From an uncultured Gemmatimonadales bacterium (GTDB taxonomy: Bacteria; Gemmatimonadota; Gemmatimonadetes; Longimicrobiales; Gaopeijiaceae): a stretch of 64,000 bases of DNA. How positions within the stretch are numbered: the stretch's first letter is position 1; every line of letters starts with the position of its first letter. Positions 14,187 to 25,233 of the stretch are shown piece after piece. The stretch covers positions 96,001 to 160,000 of the forward strand of contig CAWGKG010000005.1 of the NCBI GenBank assembly GCA_963823035.1, in the 5' to 3' direction. The position numbers were made by a program, and so were the translations under genes. The notes under the pieces were generated by a model. It did not search any database. It was not told the DNA's origin and saw nothing but the letters and a program-made list of their open reading frames with translations.

Positions 14187-15222
14187 GCCGACCCACGGGG
14201 GAATGGACTACCGCGCCGCCGGGGTCGACCTCGACGCGGCCGAGCGTGCCAAGGAGCGGCTCAAGGCGCTGGTGGCCGCGACCCGCGACCGGTGGACGCT
14301 CTCCGAGCTCGGCAGCTTCGGCGGGCTCTACCAGGTGCCGGAGGGCCACGCCGAGCCCGTCCTGGTCGCCTCGGCGGACGGCGTGGGCACCAAGCTGAAG
14401 GTGGCGTTCGAGGCCGGCCGGCACGAGACCGTCGGCCAGTGCCTCGTGAACCACTGCGTGAACGACATCCTGGTGCAGGGCGCCCGTCCGCTCTTCTTCC
14501 TCGACTACCTCGCCACCGGCGAGATGGACGAGGCGGTGGTCGCCGAGGTGGTCGGAGGCGTGGCCCTGGCGTGCAAGGAGAACAGCTGTGCGCTGCTCGG
14601 CGGCGAGACGGCGCAGATGCCCGACTTCTACGCGGCCGACGAGTACGACCTCGCGGGCTTCGTGGTCGGGCTGGTCGAGCGAGGACGCATCCTGGACGGC
14701 GGCACGATCGAGGCCGACGACGTCCTGCTCGGGCTCGCGTCCTCCGGCCTGCACACGAACGGCTACACGCTCGCCCGCCGCATCGTCTTCGACGCGATGG
14801 GGCTCTCCGTCGACGACGAGCTGCCCGGCACGGGCCGCAGCGTGGCGGACGAGCTGCTCTCCATCCACCGCAGCTATCTGCATACGTTGGCACCGATCCT
14901 GCGTGACGACCTTGTCCGCGGGCTGGCCCACGTCACCGGCGGGGGCATTCCGGGCAACCTCCCCCGCGTCCTTCCGGACGGCCTGGGCGCCGTCGTGGAC
15001 CGCGCGGCGTGGGAAGTCCCCCCCGTCTTCCGGACCCTGCAGGAGGGCGGAAAGGTAGAGCGGAGCGAGATGGATCGGGTCTTCAACATGGGCGTGGGCA
15101 TGATCGCCGTGGTGCGGCCGCAGGACGCGGACGCGGTCGCGGCGCGCGTTCGCGAATCGGGTGTGGACGTATGGCGGATCGGGCGGGTGGAAGCCGGACG
15201 CGGCGTTCGGTACGTCGGATGA
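14179..15222 (+). CDS. purM: Phosphoribosylformylglycinamidine cyclo-ligase (AIR synthase)
   Basis: YRAAGVD, DGVGTKL, GGETAQMP, SSGLHTNGY, HVTGGG and FNMGVG. Confidence 0.96.
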   Translation: MSEPTHGGMDYRAAGVDLDAAERAKERLKALVAATRDRWTLSELGSFGGLYQVPEGHAEPVLVASADGVGTKLKVAFEAGRHETVGQCLVNHCVNDILVQGARPLFFLDYLATGEMDEAVVAEVVGGVALACKENSCALLGGETAQMPDFYAADEYDLAGFVVGLVERGRILDGGTIEADDVLLGLASSGLHTNGYTLARRIVFDAMGLSVDDELPGTGRSVADELLSIHRSYLHTLAPILRDDLVRGLAHVTGGGIPGNLPRVLPDGLGAVVDRAAWEVPPVFRTLQEGGKVERSEMDRVFNMGVGMIAVVRPQDADAVAARVRESGVDVWRIGRVEAGRGVRYVG

Positions 15223-16188
15223 GGCGGAAGCGCGCGTCGCTGGCCGCGCTCCTCGCGGTGGCGACGGCCCTCCTCCCCGGGCGGCTGACCGCCCAGAGCC
15301 TGGACCGACTCGCGACCTCCTGCAGCGACGCCGGCGGGGACGTGGTGCGCTGCGCCGAGCTCGCAGTGACCGCCCGGGCGCTCCAGGGCCACCTCGGCCT
15401 CATGTCCGGGCTGGGCCCGGAGGTCGCGGGAAGCGCCAGCACGCTCGGGAGGCGGCTGGGGACCACCCCGCGCATCGCGATCGAGGTCCGCGCCGCCTTC
15501 GCACACCTGGGACTCCCCGACCTGGCGGACCCCGGCTCCGAGCCCTCGCGCGAGGCCTCCTTCATCGTGCCCTCCCTACGGGGTGGTGTCACCGCGGGGC
15601 TGTTCGACGGCTTCCAGCTCCTGCCGACCGTGGGGGGCTTCCTGAGCCTGGACCTGTTGGCGCACGGCAGCCTGGTGTTCCTCCCCACCGGAGAGGGATT
15701 CGACGGGAAGGCGACGGCGCTGACACTCGGTGCGCGCTTCGGGCTCCTGCGGGAGTCGTTCACGCTGCCGGGCGTCTCCGTCTCCGTCTCGCGACGCATG
15801 CTCGGGCAGGTCACCTACGGCTCGGCAGAGGGCCCGGGCGGCGGCGAGGTCACGGTGGACCCCACCGTCACTTCGATCCGGGCCACGGTCGGGAAGGACC
15901 TCCTGGCCGTCGGCGTGCTGTTGGGGATGGGCTGGGACCGCTACTCGGGTAGCGCCGACATCGTCGCCGCCACGGACGCAGCGCCGATCACGATCGGGGA
16001 CGGGTCGTTCAAGAGCTCGCGCAGGCTCTGGTTCGCCGGAGCCGCGATGAACTTCCTCGTGCTGCAACTGTCGGCCGAGGTCGGGATGGGCCGGCGGATT
16101 CGACGCGGTGACCGAGTACCGGGGTGCACCCTTCGACCCCACTGGCGGTAACTTCTATGGCAGCGTGGCCTTCCGACTGACCATCTAG
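15219..16188 (+). CDS. Hypothetical exported/outer-membrane beta-strand-rich protein; frameshift near the 3' end
   Basis: Signal peptide and alternating hydrophobic strands. The shifted frame ends GNFYGSVAFRLTI-TAG. Confidence 0.6.
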
Positions 16189-16234
16189 TGTCCGGGACCG
16201 GACACCGATCACCCCGCGCACAGGAGTCCCCCGA

Positions 16235-17353
16235 GTGTCCCGATCCGGGATCCTCTCCGCCGCGGACGAAGCGCACCTCGAGCGCGCCCGACGGCTCGCC
16301 CGTTCCGGGTGGGGACGGGTCCACCCCAACCCGCTCGTGGGTTGCGTCCTGGTGCGCGACGGCGAGGTGGTGGGGGAGGGGTGGCACCGTGAGTTCGGCG
16401 GACCCCACGCCGAAGTCGTCGCCCTCGAGGCCGCGCTGGGCCGCACGGAAGGCGCCACCGCCTACGTGACCCTGGAGCCGTGTGACCACCAGGGCAAGAC
16501 GCCGCCTTGCACCCAGGCGCTCCTGAGCGCCGGCGTACGCCGCGTCGTCTTCGGCGCGGCCGATCCCGGTGCGGCATCCGGGGGTGGGGCGCGCACGCTT
16601 TCCGACGCCGGTGTGGACACCGTGGGCCCGGTGTGGGACGACGCCACGGCGTTCGCCGAGAACCCGTCCTTCTTCCACCGGCACCGACACGAGACGCCCT
16701 TCGTCGCGCTCAAGCTGGCGATGACGCTGGACGGACGCATCGCGAGCGCGCCGGGGAAGCGTACGCGCATCACCGGGGCCGAGGCCGACGGCCTGGTCCA
16801 CCGACTCCGCTCCGGGTTCGAAGCCCTCCTCGTGGGTGCGGGCACGGCCCGCGCGGACGACCCGCGCCTCACCGTGCGACTGGCTCCTCCAGGTCGCGTC
16901 CCACCGCGGCGTATGCTCCTCGACCCGGCGGCGGGCCTCCCGTCCGACGCGGCACTCTTCGCGGAAGCCGACACGGCACCCGTGCACGTCTTCACGCGGC
17001 GCGACGCACCCGAAGGGGACCTGGAGCGCCTCGAGGTCGCCGGGGCCCACGTGCACCCCGTGGACGGCGAGGGATCGCTTCTCGACCTCCGAGCCGTCCT
17101 GGGCATCTGTCGCGGGCTCGGTATCGGCTCGATCCTGTGCGAGGGGGGTGCCCGTCTGGCCGCCTCCCTCCTGCGGGACCGGCTCGTGGGCCGCCTGTAC
17201 CTGCTGGTCGCTCCCCGGGCGCTCGGGAAAGGTGGGCTGGCCGCCTTCGGCCCCCATGCCGAGGACCTTCCCTGGGACGACTTCCATCGCGTGCTCCCCC
17301 CCGAGGGGTGGGGACGCGACACGCTCATCGTTCTGGATCGGAAGGAGATGTGA
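16235..17353 (+). CDS. ribD: Riboflavin biosynthesis deaminase/reductase
   Basis: [25 protein letters not shown] and EGG. Confidence 0.95.
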   Translation: MSRSGILSAADEAHLERARRLARSGWGRVHPNPLVGCVLVRDGEVVGEGWHREFGGPHAEVVALEAALGRTEGATAYVTLEPCDHQGKTPPCTQALLSAGVRRVVFGAADPGAASGGGARTLSDAGVDTVGPVWDDATAFAENPSFFHRHRHETPFVALKLAMTLDGRIASAPGKRTRITGAEADGLVHRLRSGFEALLVGAGTARADDPRLTVRLAPPGRVPPRRMLLDPAAGLPSDAALFAEADTAPVHVFTRRDAPEGDLERLEVAGAHVHPVDGEGSLLDLRAVLGICRGLGIGSILCEGGARLAASLLRDRLVGRLYLLVAPRALGKGGLAAFGPHAEDLPWDDFHRVLPPEGWGRDTLIVLDRKEM

Positions 17354-17974
17354 TGTTCACCGGCATCATCGAGAGCACGGGGCGGATCCGCCGCGTCGAG
17401 GACCTCGAGACCACGCGCCGCTTCGTCGTGGAGGCGCCCGCCTTCGCGGGCGAGCTCGCGCCCGGCGACTCGATCGCCGTGGACGGCGCGTGCCTCACCG
17501 CCGTGCTCGCGGACCACGACACCTTCGCGGTGGACGTGATCGGCACGACCTTGGAGCGGACCATCGCCGGTGGATACGCGGCGGGCACCGCCGTGAACCT
17601 CGAGCGCGCCATGCGATATGGATACTCGTCTCGACGGCCATATCGTTCAGGGACATGTGGATGGAGTCGGTCATCTCGTCCAGATTCGAGAAGATGGCGA
17701 ATACTGGCTCATGGACTTCCGGATCCCTGCCGAGGTGGCGGGTACCACGATCCTGCACGGATCCATCGCGCTCAACGGCGTGAGCCTCACGGTGAGCGAC
17801 CTCCCCGAGGAGGACGTGGTCCGGATCGGCATCATCCCCTTCACCTTCGAGCACACGAACCTCGGTGGGCTGGGGCCCGGGGACGCGGTGAACGTGGAGG
17901 GCGACCTCATCGGCAAGTACGTTGGGAAGATCCTGGCCAGGGGCGGACGGGCCGAAGCTCGCCTCGAAGGCTGA
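17353..17974 (+). CDS. ribE: Riboflavin synthase; frameshift near 17617
   Basis: MFTGII N-terminus, [27 protein letters not shown] and [11 protein letters not shown]. Confidence 0.93.
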
Positions 17975-17985
17975 AAGGGGACCGC

Positions 17986-19185
17986 ATGTCGTTCGACCGT
18001 GTCGAAGACGCCATCGAGGACATCCGCCGTGGGCGGATGGTCATCGTGGCCGACGACGAGGACCGAGAGAACGAGGGTGATCTGGTCATGGCGGCTGCAT
18101 GCATCACGCCGGACCACATCAACTTCATGACCAAGTACGGCCGCGGGCTCATCTGCGTGCCGATGACCAACGAGCGCGCCGACGAGCTGGACCTTCCGCC
18201 GGTCGCCGACACGAACACCGACCCGCAGGGGACGGCGTTCACGGTCCCGGTGGACGCGCACCGGCGCTACGGCGTCACGACCGGCATCAGCGCCCACGAC
18301 CGCGCGAAGACGATCCAGGTGCTGCTCGACCCGCGCACGAAGTCCACGGACCTGCGCCGACCCGGGCACATGTTCCCCCTGCGCGCCAAGCCGGGCGGCG
18401 TCCTCAGGCGTGTCGGGCAGACGGAGGCCGCCGTCGATCTCGCGCGCCTCGCCGGCCTCGAGCCGATGGGCGTCATCTGCGAGATCCTCAACGCGGACGG
18501 CACGATGGCACGCCGCCCGGAGCTCGAGGCGTTCGCGGAGGAGCACGACCTGCGCTTCATCACGGTGGCCCAGCTGGTGGCCCACCGGCTGACGAAGACG
18601 CGCCTCGTGCGCAGGATCGCAGAGGCCGACCTGCCGACGAAGGCAGGGAGCTTCAAGGTCATCGGCTACGAGAGCATCGTGGACCAGCGCGAGCACCTCG
18701 CGCTGGTGAAGGGCGACGTCGCGGGGAAGGCGAACGTCCTGGTACGCATGCACTCCGAGTGCATGACCGGCGACGTGTTCGGGTCGCTGCGCTGCGACTG
18801 CGGGGAGCAGCTCGCGGCGGCCATGAGCCAGATCGAGGAGGAGGGGCTCGGCGCGATCGTCTACCTGCGCCAGGAGGGGCGGGGGATCGGGCTCGGCAAC
18901 AAGCTCCGCGCGTATTCGCTGCAGGACGAGGGCATGGACACCGTCGAGGCCAACGAGCGGCTCGGGTTCAAACCGGACCTGCGCGACTACGGCATCGGCG
19001 CGCAGATCCTCCTCGACCTCGGCCTCAGCTCGATCCGCCTCCTGACCAACAACCCGCGCAAGATCGTGGGACTCGACGGCTACGACATCGAGATCACCGG
19101 TCGCGAGCCGCTCAAGATCGTGCCCGGGGAGCACAACGAGCGGTACCTGGCCACGAAGCGCTCCAAGCTGGGACACATCCTTTGA
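17986..19185 (+). CDS. ribBA: Bifunctional DHBP synthase / GTP cyclohydrolase II
   Basis: [32 protein letters not shown] and LTNNP. Confidence 0.96.
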   Translation: MSFDRVEDAIEDIRRGRMVIVADDEDRENEGDLVMAAACITPDHINFMTKYGRGLICVPMTNERADELDLPPVADTNTDPQGTAFTVPVDAHRRYGVTTGISAHDRAKTIQVLLDPRTKSTDLRRPGHMFPLRAKPGGVLRRVGQTEAAVDLARLAGLEPMGVICEILNADGTMARRPELEAFAEEHDLRFITVAQLVAHRLTKTRLVRRIAEADLPTKAGSFKVIGYESIVDQREHLALVKGDVAGKANVLVRMHSECMTGDVFGSLRCDCGEQLAAAMSQIEEEGLGAIVYLRQEGRGIGLGNKLRAYSLQDEGMDTVEANERLGFKPDLRDYGIGAQILLDLGLSSIRLLTNNPRKIVGLDGYDIEITGREPLKIVPGEHNERYLATKRSKLGHIL

Positions 19186-19673
19186 GCTCCGAGGGGAGCT
19201 CCGCAGCGGATCGCCGCGGCTCGGTGCGCGCCGAAGGACTGCGCTTCGCCGTCGTCGTCGCCCGCTTCAACGCCGACGTGACCGACCGGCTGCTGCAGGG
19301 CGCCCTCGCTTGCCTTGCCGAGCACGGCGCGCGCGACGAGGACGTGGAGGTGCTGCGCGTCCCCGGGGCGTGGGAGCTGCCGCAGACGGCGGCGCGCCTC
19401 GTGGAGCGCGGCAGGAGCGACGCCATCGTCGCCCTGGGATGCGTCATCCGTGGAGAGACGCCGCACTTCGACTACGTGTGCGCGGAGGCCAGCCGCGGCC
19501 TGGGGGCGGTCGCGCGCGCGTCGCGCATTCCCGTGCTCTTCGGCGTGCTCACGACGGACACGCGGGAGCAGGCGATGGCCCGCGCCGCGGACGGGCCGTC
19601 GAACAAGGGATACGAGACGGCGCTCGCGGCCGCCGAGATGGCCGACCTCTACAGGAGCGCGGAGCTCGCGTGA
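19182..19673 (+). CDS. ribH: 6,7-dimethyl-8-ribityllumazine synthase
   Basis: [31 protein letters not shown] and NKG. Confidence 0.95.
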   Translation: MSSEGSSAADRRGSVRAEGLRFAVVVARFNADVTDRLLQGALACLAEHGARDEDVEVLRVPGAWELPQTAARLVERGRSDAIVALGCVIRGETPHFDYVCAEASRGLGAVARASRIPVLFGVLTTDTREQAMARAADGPSNKGYETALAAAEMADLYRSAELA

Positions 19674-20128
19674 TCGCCGGACGGGAAGCGCTGGGACGCG
19701 CCGAGCGCATCGACCGCAGCCGCGCCCGCGCCTGGGCCCTCCAGGTCCACTACCAGTGGGAGAGCACCGGGCGGGGGGGCAGGCTGCGCGACGCGCTCGT
19801 GGACGCGGCCGCCCTGCGACGGATCTCGCCGCGCCGGCTCCCCTACGTGCGCCGTCTGCTCACGCTCATGGACGAGCACCTGGCGGAGGTGGACGCCGCG
19901 ATCCAGGGGGCGCTGGAGAACTGGAGGCTGGAGCGGCTCTCCACCCTCGACCGTGCCGTCCTGCGCGTCGGTGCGACCGAGCTGCTCTTCGTGGAGGACG
20001 TGCCGCCCAAGGTCTCCATCCAGGAGGCGATCCGCCTCGCGGAGCAGTATGGCGGCCCGGATTCGCCGCGCTTCGTGAACGGGGTGATGGACGCCCTCTA
20101 CAAGGGGCTGCCCGAGGCGAAGGGGTGA
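19670..20128 (+). CDS. nusB: Transcription antitermination factor NusB
   Basis: RSRARAWALQ, WRLERL..LDRAVLR, VSIQEAIRLA and FVNGV. It follows ribH as usual. Confidence 0.93.
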   Translation: MIAGREALGRAERIDRSRARAWALQVHYQWESTGRGGRLRDALVDAAALRRISPRRLPYVRRLLTLMDEHLAEVDAAIQGALENWRLERLSTLDRAVLRVGATELLFVEDVPPKVSIQEAIRLAEQYGGPDSPRFVNGVMDALYKGLPEAKG

Positions 20129-21277
20129 CGCCTCCCGAGGTCCGCTCTCACCTTCGGATCCTGGTCGTGAACTGGCAGGACCGGGAGAACCCGCAGGCCG
20201 GCGGCGCCGAGACGCATCTCCACGAGATCTTCGGCCGACTCGCCGGCCGTGGGCACGACGTCACGGTCCTCGCCTCCGGCGTGGCCGGGCGCGGCCCCGC
20301 GCGCGCGCCTCGACGGGATGACCGTCCACCGCACGGGCGGACGTCACACCTTCTCGCTGGCGGCCCCTCGCTACTACCGCCGCCGGCTGCGCGCCGAGCC
20401 CTTCGACGTGGTGGTGGAGGACCTGAACAAGGTGCCCCTCTTCACCCCGACGTGGACGGAGGCGCCCGTCGCGCTCCTGGTGCACCACCTCTTCGGGGGC
20501 ACGGCCTTCCAGGAGGCCTCCTTCGCGGTGGCGGCGGCGACCTGTCTCCTCGAGCTGCCGGTGCCGCGGGCCTTCGCGGGCCGGCCCACGGTGGCGGTGT
20601 CGCACAGCACGCGCGACGACCTCGTCCGCCGCGGGATGGACGGGGACGCGATCGAGGTCATCCCGAACGGCGTGGACCTCGAGACGCTCGCCCCGGTGCC
20701 GGAGCTCGGGCGCTTCGACGAGCCCACGGTGCTCTACCTCGGTCGTCTGAAGCGCTACAAGCGCGTCGACCTCGTGGTGCGGGCCGTCGCGGCGCTGCAG
20801 CGGAGCGGGCGCGGCCCGTCCGGCTGCTGGTGGCGGGGAAGGGCGATCACCTCGACACGCTGCGCGAGCTCGTGGCGGAGCTGGGCGTCGGGGACGCGGT
20901 CGACTTCCTCGGCTTCGTGGACGATGCGCGCAAGCTGGAGCTGTTCCGGCGAAGCTGGGTGCACGTCCTGACGTCCCCGAACGAGGGGTGGGGCATCTCG
21001 AACCTCGAGGCCGCCGCGTGCGGCACGCCCACGGTGTCCAGCGACGCTCCGGGACTGCGCGAATCGGTCGTGGACGGGCGTACCGGCTTCCTCGTACCGC
21101 ACGGAGACGTCGCGACCCTCGCGGACCGCATCGGGGTAGTCCTTGTCGGATGCGGAGCTGCGGGAACGCCTCGGGCGGGGGGCGCGGAGCTTCGCGGAGG
21201 GCTTCTCCTGGGAGGCGTCCGCGGACGCCATGGAGGCTTTCCTCCTCCGGGTGGTAAGGAATTCCCGCGCCGACTAA
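20125..21277 (+). CDS. Glycosyltransferase family 4; several frameshifts
   Basis: NWQDRENPQAGGAE, VIPNGVD, GRLKRYKRVD, EGWGISNLEA and GLRESV. Confidence 0.85.
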
Positions 21278-21316
21278 CTTGAATGCATCAGGTCACCTTC
21301 CGAGTCGGAGGCCGAG

Positions 21317-21640
21317 TTGAGAGTCCAGATCGCGGCACGTCACTGCGATGTCCCTGATTCCGTTCGCCTGCGCACCGAGGAACAGATGGAGCGCCTCGCC
21401 AAGTACGACCCCAGGGTCGGCGCGGCAGAGGTGGTCTTCGAGGAAGAGAAGCGTACCAAGAAGGTCGAGATCGTCCTCTCCGTGGACCGGAGCGAGCCCG
21501 TCGTGGCCCATGGCGAGGGCGAGGAGTTCCGGACGGCTCTCGACCAGGTGGTCGACCGCCTCAGCCGCATGCTCAAGCGGCAGCGGGCGCAGGCCAAGAG
21601 CCACCAGGCTCCCAGGATCTCCGAGGAAGTGACCGGATAG
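21317..21640 (+). CDS. hpf: Ribosome hibernation promoting factor (HPF/RaiA)
   Basis: QIAARH N-terminus, ALDQVVDRLSRMLKR and position before hprK. Confidence 0.85.
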   Translation: MRVQIAARHCDVPDSVRLRTEEQMERLAKYDPRVGAAEVVFEEEKRTKKVEIVLSVDRSEPVVAHGEGEEFRTALDQVVDRLSRMLKRQRAQAKSHQAPRISEEVTG

Positions 21641-21667
21641 CGCAGCCAGCCCCCATCTAGAGGCACG

Positions 21668-22663
21668 TTGAGCCGAAACACCCAAAACTCGAGCCCCGGC
21701 AGCGCGAAGAGCATCCCGGTCCAGGAGATCCTGGACCAGAAGCGCGACACCCTCGGCCTCGAGCTCCTCACACCGGACGTCCCCCTGGATCGTCCGGCCT
21801 CGGACGCGGACGTGTCCAGCCCGGGGCTCGCGCTCGCGGGCTACACGGCGCGCGTCCCCGAAGGCCGCATGTGGGTCTTCGGGGAGACGGAGATGACCTT
21901 CCTGGCCACGCTCCCGCCCGAGACCGTGCGCGAGCACCTCGACCGCCTGTGCGCGTTCGACGTGCCGGCCATCTTCGTCAGCAAGGGTCAGCAGGTGCCG
22001 CGGGAATTCCTGGACGTCGCCACCGCGCGCGGCGTCCCGGTGCTCCTGAGCCACCGGAGCACGAAGTACCTCTACCAGCGTCTCAAGCCGTTCCTCGAGG
22101 CCGCCCTCGCTCCGTCGACGAACCTCCACGGTTCGCTGGCGGACGTCTACGGCGTCGGCCTCCTCTTCGTGGGCGAGAGCGGGGTGGGGAAGAGCGAGTG
22201 CGTGCTGGATCTCGTCGAGCGCGGTCACCGCCTGGTGGCCGACGATCTGGTGCTCGTCTCCAGGCGGGGCAACGACGTCCTCATCGGGCGCGGTCACGAG
22301 CTCCAGCGTCACCACATGGAGATCCGGGGGATCGGGATCATCGACATCCCCTCGCTCTTCGGCATCCGCGCGATCCGGCAGCAGAAGCGCCTCGAGGTGG
22401 TCGTGCAACTCGAGCTGTGGGACGGGCAGCGCAGCTACTCGCGCACGGGCCTGGAGGAGGACGAGGCCGAGATCCTCGGCGTCAGGGTGCCGCGCGTGAC
22501 CGTGCCGCTCAATCCGGGAAAGAACATCACGGTGATCTCCGAGGTCGTGGCCATGAACCACCTCCTGAAGTACTCGGGGATCCACTCCGCGCAGTCCTTC
22601 GACCAGCGCATTCGGGACCAGATGAAGCCCGTCCGCGAGTATCTGGAGCAGGACTATGAGTGA
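21668..22663 (+). CDS. hprK: HPr kinase/phosphorylase
   Basis: GESGVGKSE Walker A, GHRLVADD and MEIRGIGII. Confidence 0.96.
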   Translation: MSRNTQNSSPGSAKSIPVQEILDQKRDTLGLELLTPDVPLDRPASDADVSSPGLALAGYTARVPEGRMWVFGETEMTFLATLPPETVREHLDRLCAFDVPAIFVSKGQQVPREFLDVATARGVPVLLSHRSTKYLYQRLKPFLEAALAPSTNLHGSLADVYGVGLLFVGESGVGKSECVLDLVERGHRLVADDLVLVSRRGNDVLIGRGHELQRHHMEIRGIGIIDIPSLFGIRAIRQQKRLEVVVQLELWDGQRSYSRTGLEEDEAEILGVRVPRVTVPLNPGKNITVISEVVAMNHLLKYSGIHSAQSFDQRIRDQMKPVREYLEQDYE

Positions 22664-23064
22664 GACCGGGAACACGCCGCCGCTCGCACGCGGGATCGTC
22701 GTCGCGCACGGCACGATGGCCTCGGGCCTCGTGGACGCGGTCCGGCGCATCGCGGGTGGCGCCGCCGATTCCCTCACGCCGCTCTCGAACGAGGGGATGA
22801 GCCCGCAGGAGCTGCGGGGCGCCCTCGAAGCAGCTCGCGGGCGACGGGCCCGTCATCGTGTTCGCGGACCTCCTGTCGGGGAGCTGCGGGATGGCGGCGA
22901 TGGTGTCGTGCAAGGACGGCGGGGGGCGCGCGGTGCTTTGCGGCGTGAACCTCCCCATCCTCCTCGACTTCGTCTTCCACCGTGACCTGCCGCTGGGGCA
23001 GCTCGTTCCCCGGCTCGAGGGGAAGGGACGCGACGGGATCCGTCGTCTCCCGGAAGCGAGCTGA
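22656..23064 (+). CDS. PTS mannose-family EIIA; frameshifted
   Basis: VVAHG, then D(L)LSGSC and GVNLPILL in the shifted frame. Confidence 0.85.
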
Positions 23065-23069
23065 CGGGG

Positions 23070-23549
23070 ATGCCGATCGTCCTCTACCGCATCGACGAGC
23101 GACTCATCCATGGCCAGGTGGTGCTGGGGTGGGGCAACTACCTCCGCCCCGACCGCTTCGTGGTGGTCGACGACGAGCTCGCGGCGAGCGACTGGGAGCA
23201 GGAGCTCTATCGCCTCGGTGCGGGCGATGCGGAGGTCCTCTTCGACTCGGTGGCCGGGGCCCAGGCCCGCCTGCCCGAGTGGCGCAACGACCCGGCACGT
23301 TCCATCCTACTCACGAAGAACGTGGGCACGATGCTGCGCCTTGCCCGCGGCGGCCACCTGAGCGGAGAGAAGGTGAACGTGGGTGGTCTGCACCACGGCC
23401 CGGAGCGCATCGAGGTGCTGAGCTACCTCCATCTGACGGCAGGCGACCGTGCCGACCTCTCGGCGCTGGCCGATGAGGGCGTGGACGTATCCGCGCGGGA
23501 CCTGCCCGATGCCCACAAGGTGCCCCTCGACGGTCTGCTGGGATCGTGA
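23070..23549 (+). CDS. PTS mannose-family EIIB
   Basis: RIDERLIHGQV and VNVGG. Confidence 0.92.
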   Translation: MPIVLYRIDERLIHGQVVLGWGNYLRPDRFVVVDDELAASDWEQELYRLGAGDAEVLFDSVAGAQARLPEWRNDPARSILLTKNVGTMLRLARGGHLSGEKVNVGGLHHGPERIEVLSYLHLTAGDRADLSALADEGVDVSARDLPDAHKVPLDGLLGS

Positions 23550-24203
23550 TGGAGCTCGTCTGGATCTCCCTGCTGGGCGGCGTGCTCGCCCTGGACGCCA
23601 CCTCGGTGGGGCAGTTCATGGTGTCCCGGCCGCTCGTCTCCGGGGCGTTCGCGGGCTGGGTCGTGGGCGACGCCACCACGGGGCTCCTCGTGGGCGCCCT
23701 GCTCGAGCTCTACCTCCTCGTGTCCTTCCCCTCCGGCGGCGCCCGCTTCCCCGAGGGCGCGACGGCCACGGTGGTCGCCGTCGCCTCCGCCACGGCGGCG
23801 GCGGGCCCGGGGGCGATCCCCCTGGGCGCCGCGATCGGCCTCGTCTGGGGGCAGGTGGGCGGTGCGACGATCTCGGTCCTGCGCAAGCTCAATGGACGCT
23901 TCGTCCTGGAGCCGGGCGCCACGCAAGCCGGGGCGGGTGGTGGCGATCCACCTGGGCGCCCTGGCCCTGGACTTCGCGCGCGGCACGGCCGTCACGTTCG
24001 TGGGCGCGCTTACGGGCCGCTTCACGGTGACCCTGCTCGCGTCGGCCTGGCCGCTGGACTCCGGGGACTCCCTCGGTCTCCTCCTGGTGGGCGGAGCCGT
24101 CTCGGCAGGCATCCTTCTGCGCAGCCTCGGTGGCTTCCGTCGCAGGCGCCTCCTCTTCGCCCTCGGCGTCGCCGCCGGCCTGGCGGGAGCGCGGTTCCTG
24201 TGA
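23546..24203 (+). CDS. PTS mannose-family EIIC; frameshift near 23930
   Basis: QFMVSRPLV..G..GL.VGALLEL and hydrophobic helices. Confidence 0.85.
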
Positions 24204-24952
24204 TGGCGGCCCTGACGCGTCGGGCCCTTGCGGCGGCGTTCGCCCGCTCGTTCCTCATCCAGGGATCGTGGAACAACCGCACGATGCTGGGATCCGGCTT
24301 CGCCTTCGCGATGCTTCCGGCGCTGAGGCGGATCTTCCTGGACGATCCCAAGGCGTTCGAGGCCTCGCTCGGCAGGCACCTCGAGCACTTCAACGCGCAC
24401 CCCTACCTGTGCAGCGTCGCGCTCGGCGCCGCGGTCCGGCTCGAGGCCGACGGCGAGGACGCCGAATCCGTCCGCCGCTTCAAGACGGCCGTGCGCGGCC
24501 CCCTCGGCGGGCTCGGCGACGCGCTCGTATGGGCGGCGTGGCTTCCCGCGGTCTCGATGGCCGCGCTGGCTCTCGTCTGGCTCGGAGCGCCGGGTTGGGT
24601 GGCCGTGATGGTCTTCCTGGTGGTCTACAACCTCGGGCACCTGGGTCTGCGAGCCTGGGGATTCCGTGCCGGGCTGGCCGAAGGCCGCGACGTGGCCCGG
24701 TCGCTCACGCGGGCGTCGCTCAGCGCCTGGACCGAACGCGTCCGTGCCCTGGCTGCGCTCCTTCTCGGCCTGCTGGTGGGCTCTCTCCTCGGCGGCGAAG
24801 GCGGGCTGGGCGAGGCCGGCGCCGTGTGGGGTGGGCTGGCCGCCGCGGCCTTCGTGGGCGGAGAGCTCGTGGGGCACCGGCTGTGGCGGCCCACGGCCGT
24901 GGCCGTGGTGGCCGCCGTCGCCCTCGTCGCGACGTGGGGGTGGCTGCAATGA
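24203..24952 (+). CDS. PTS mannose-family EIID
   Basis: RSFLIQGSWN, RHLEHFNAHP and GPLGGLGD. Confidence 0.9.
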   Translation: MAALTRRALAAAFARSFLIQGSWNNRTMLGSGFAFAMLPALRRIFLDDPKAFEASLGRHLEHFNAHPYLCSVALGAAVRLEADGEDAESVRRFKTAVRGPLGGLGDALVWAAWLPAVSMAALALVWLGAPGWVAVMVFLVVYNLGHLGLRAWGFRAGLAEGRDVARSLTRASLSAWTERVRALAALLLGLLVGSLLGGEGGLGEAGAVWGGLAAAAFVGGELVGHRLWRPTAVAVVAAVALVATWGWLQ

Positions 24953-25230
24953 CGGACGACGGACGCGTCATGCGCGAGGTACAGATCGTGAACCGCGCCG
25001 GCATGCACGCACGCCCCGCCGCCGAGTTCGTGAAGACGGCCGGCAGGTTCTCGGCCGAGATCACGGTCGAGAAGGACGGCCTGGAGGTGAACGGAAAGAG
25101 CATCATGGGCGTGCTCATGTTGGCTGCCGAGCAGGGAAGCCGGCTGCTCCTCTGCGCCTCGGGGCAGGACGCCACCGCCGCGCTCGAAGCCCTCGGCGAC
25201 CTCGTCGGCCGCGGGTTCGAGGAGGTGTAG
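24949..25230 (+). CDS. ptsH: Phosphocarrier protein HPr
   Basis: GMHARPA (His15) and GKSIMGV (Ser46). Confidence 0.95.
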   Translation: MTDDGRVMREVQIVNRAGMHARPAAEFVKTAGRFSAEITVEKDGLEVNGKSIMGVLMLAAEQGSRLLLCASGQDATAALEALGDLVGRGFEEV

Positions 25231-25233
25231 ACG